Source: a virus. Taken from it: DNA of 64,000 nucleotides. How positions within the stretch are numbered: the first letter of the stretch is position 1; each line of letters starts with the position of its first letter. Under the pieces are notes generated by a model. That model searched no databases and was not told the origin of the DNA. It saw only the letters and a program-made list of their open reading frames with translations. Shown here in pieces: positions 63,410-64,000 of the stretch. The stretch spans positions 1 through 64,000 of the IMG/VR virus record IMGVR_UViG_3300045303_000172. The stretch is one strand, 5' to 3'. The position numbers were made by a program, and so were the translations under genes.

Positions 63410-63732
63410 ATGGTCGGATCGTGCATTCGTTCTTTAGCCACGGCGTCCCCAGCTTCACGGCTTCTCAGGACCGCATGGGCATCGGACGCTGCAACCCTAT
63501 CCTCTGCCTTTCCCGTCGCGTCAGCAAGCGCCGTCTTGGCAATGGCCGTCTCGCGGGTTTGGGCGATCAAATTGCCGTTGCTATTGGCCTTCACCTCCTG
63601 CAAAACGCCTGCGTTGTTTTTGCTTTGGCGATGCGTCAAAAACGACAGCACCGAGGTTACGATGGTCCCGACTGCCGTAGCAATCACACCAAGAGCCGTC
63701 CAATCTGGAGATGTCATTTTATGTATTGCCAT
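63406..63732 (-). CDS. Single-TM holin-like membrane protein
   Basis: N-terminal TM then V...SNG.L helix; start uncertain. Confidence 0.6.
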   Translation of the reverse strand: MAIHKMTSPDWTALGVIATAVGTIVTSVLSFLTHRQSKNNAGVLQEVKANSNGNLIAQTRETAIAKTALADATGKAEDRVAASDAHAVLRSREAGDAVAKERMHDPTI

Positions 63733-63748
63733 AGGCGTGAGGCCCTTT

Positions 63749-64000
63749 TCATGGTTTGGTTCTATGGTCATCTACAACCTGCTGTGCCGCCTCCGCCTTC
63801 ATCACGTTATGCGCGGTCGGTAGTGCAGCGGCGAGCTTTTCAGATATTTCGAGGTTCCGTTGGAGCAGGTTAGAGTACTGCGAGTTGACAAGCTGGTGAA
63901 TGCTGCCAGCCCGAAGCATAGCCACGAAAGAAGCGATCGCGCCAAGGATTGCAGGAAGCCCGGTGACGAGCAGGACGGCGAGTTTGAATTCGTTGTCGCT
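63749..64000 (-). CDS. Single-TM holin-like membrane protein, 5' end outside window
   Basis: ...LAVLLVTGLPAILGAIASFVAML...IHQLVNSQYS...; TGA at 63751-63749. Confidence 0.65.
   Translation of the reverse strand, partial: SDNEFKLAVLLVTGLPAILGAIASFVAMLRAGSIHQLVNSQYSNLLQRNLEISEKLAAALPTAHNVMKAEAAQQVVDDHRTKP

Larger units (their letters stand above)
1..64000. mobile_element. Tailed phage / prophage genome segment, podovirus-like
   Basis: TerL, portal, scaffold, capsid, nozzle and ejection proteins, ERF/exonuclease, helicase/primase, dense overlapping small ORFs; no tape measure, sheath or host genes seen. Confidence 0.95.

Overview
The window is a contiguous part of a tailed dsDNA phage (or prophage) genome with podovirus-type morphogenesis genes. 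No host housekeeping genes, rRNA, canonical tRNA, CRISPR array or integrase were seen. Layout: (i) 1-1148 (-) a conserved phage gene pair, one member carrying a 9-bp combinatorial tandem repeat. (ii) 1230-14594 (+) an early region with RHH regulator, AAA ATPase, ERF, YqaJ exonuclease, a diglycine-tailed protein plus CxH partner, vWA plus PurA-like plus ASCH, an attenuator-like leader followed by a ~430-nt structured non-coding stretch, an interrupted PAPS-reductase-like gene and many small ORFs. (iii) 14575-47988 (-) the virion module: portal, scaffold, capsid, adaptor-phosphoesterase fusion, Ig/vWA protein, Tad1 sponge, a glycosyltransferase/FkbM cluster, tail fibre, nozzle and three ejection proteins, including a 3084-aa polyvalent protein. 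(iv) 48197-52571 a two-frame C5 methyltransferase, TerL, a LAGLIDADG endonuclease and an N4/N6 methyltransferase. (v) 54235-61114 (+) replication genes. (vi) 61098-64000 (-) membrane/lysis-like genes. Most interesting: a 57-aa gene with its own RBS nested out of frame inside the giant ejection gene, the attenuator plus large ncRNA candidate, the GG-tail/CxH gene pair, and the phosphoesterase-fused virion protein. All family calls are from motif recognition by eye; no searches were run. Host (possibly Verrucomicrobiota) is a weak inference.
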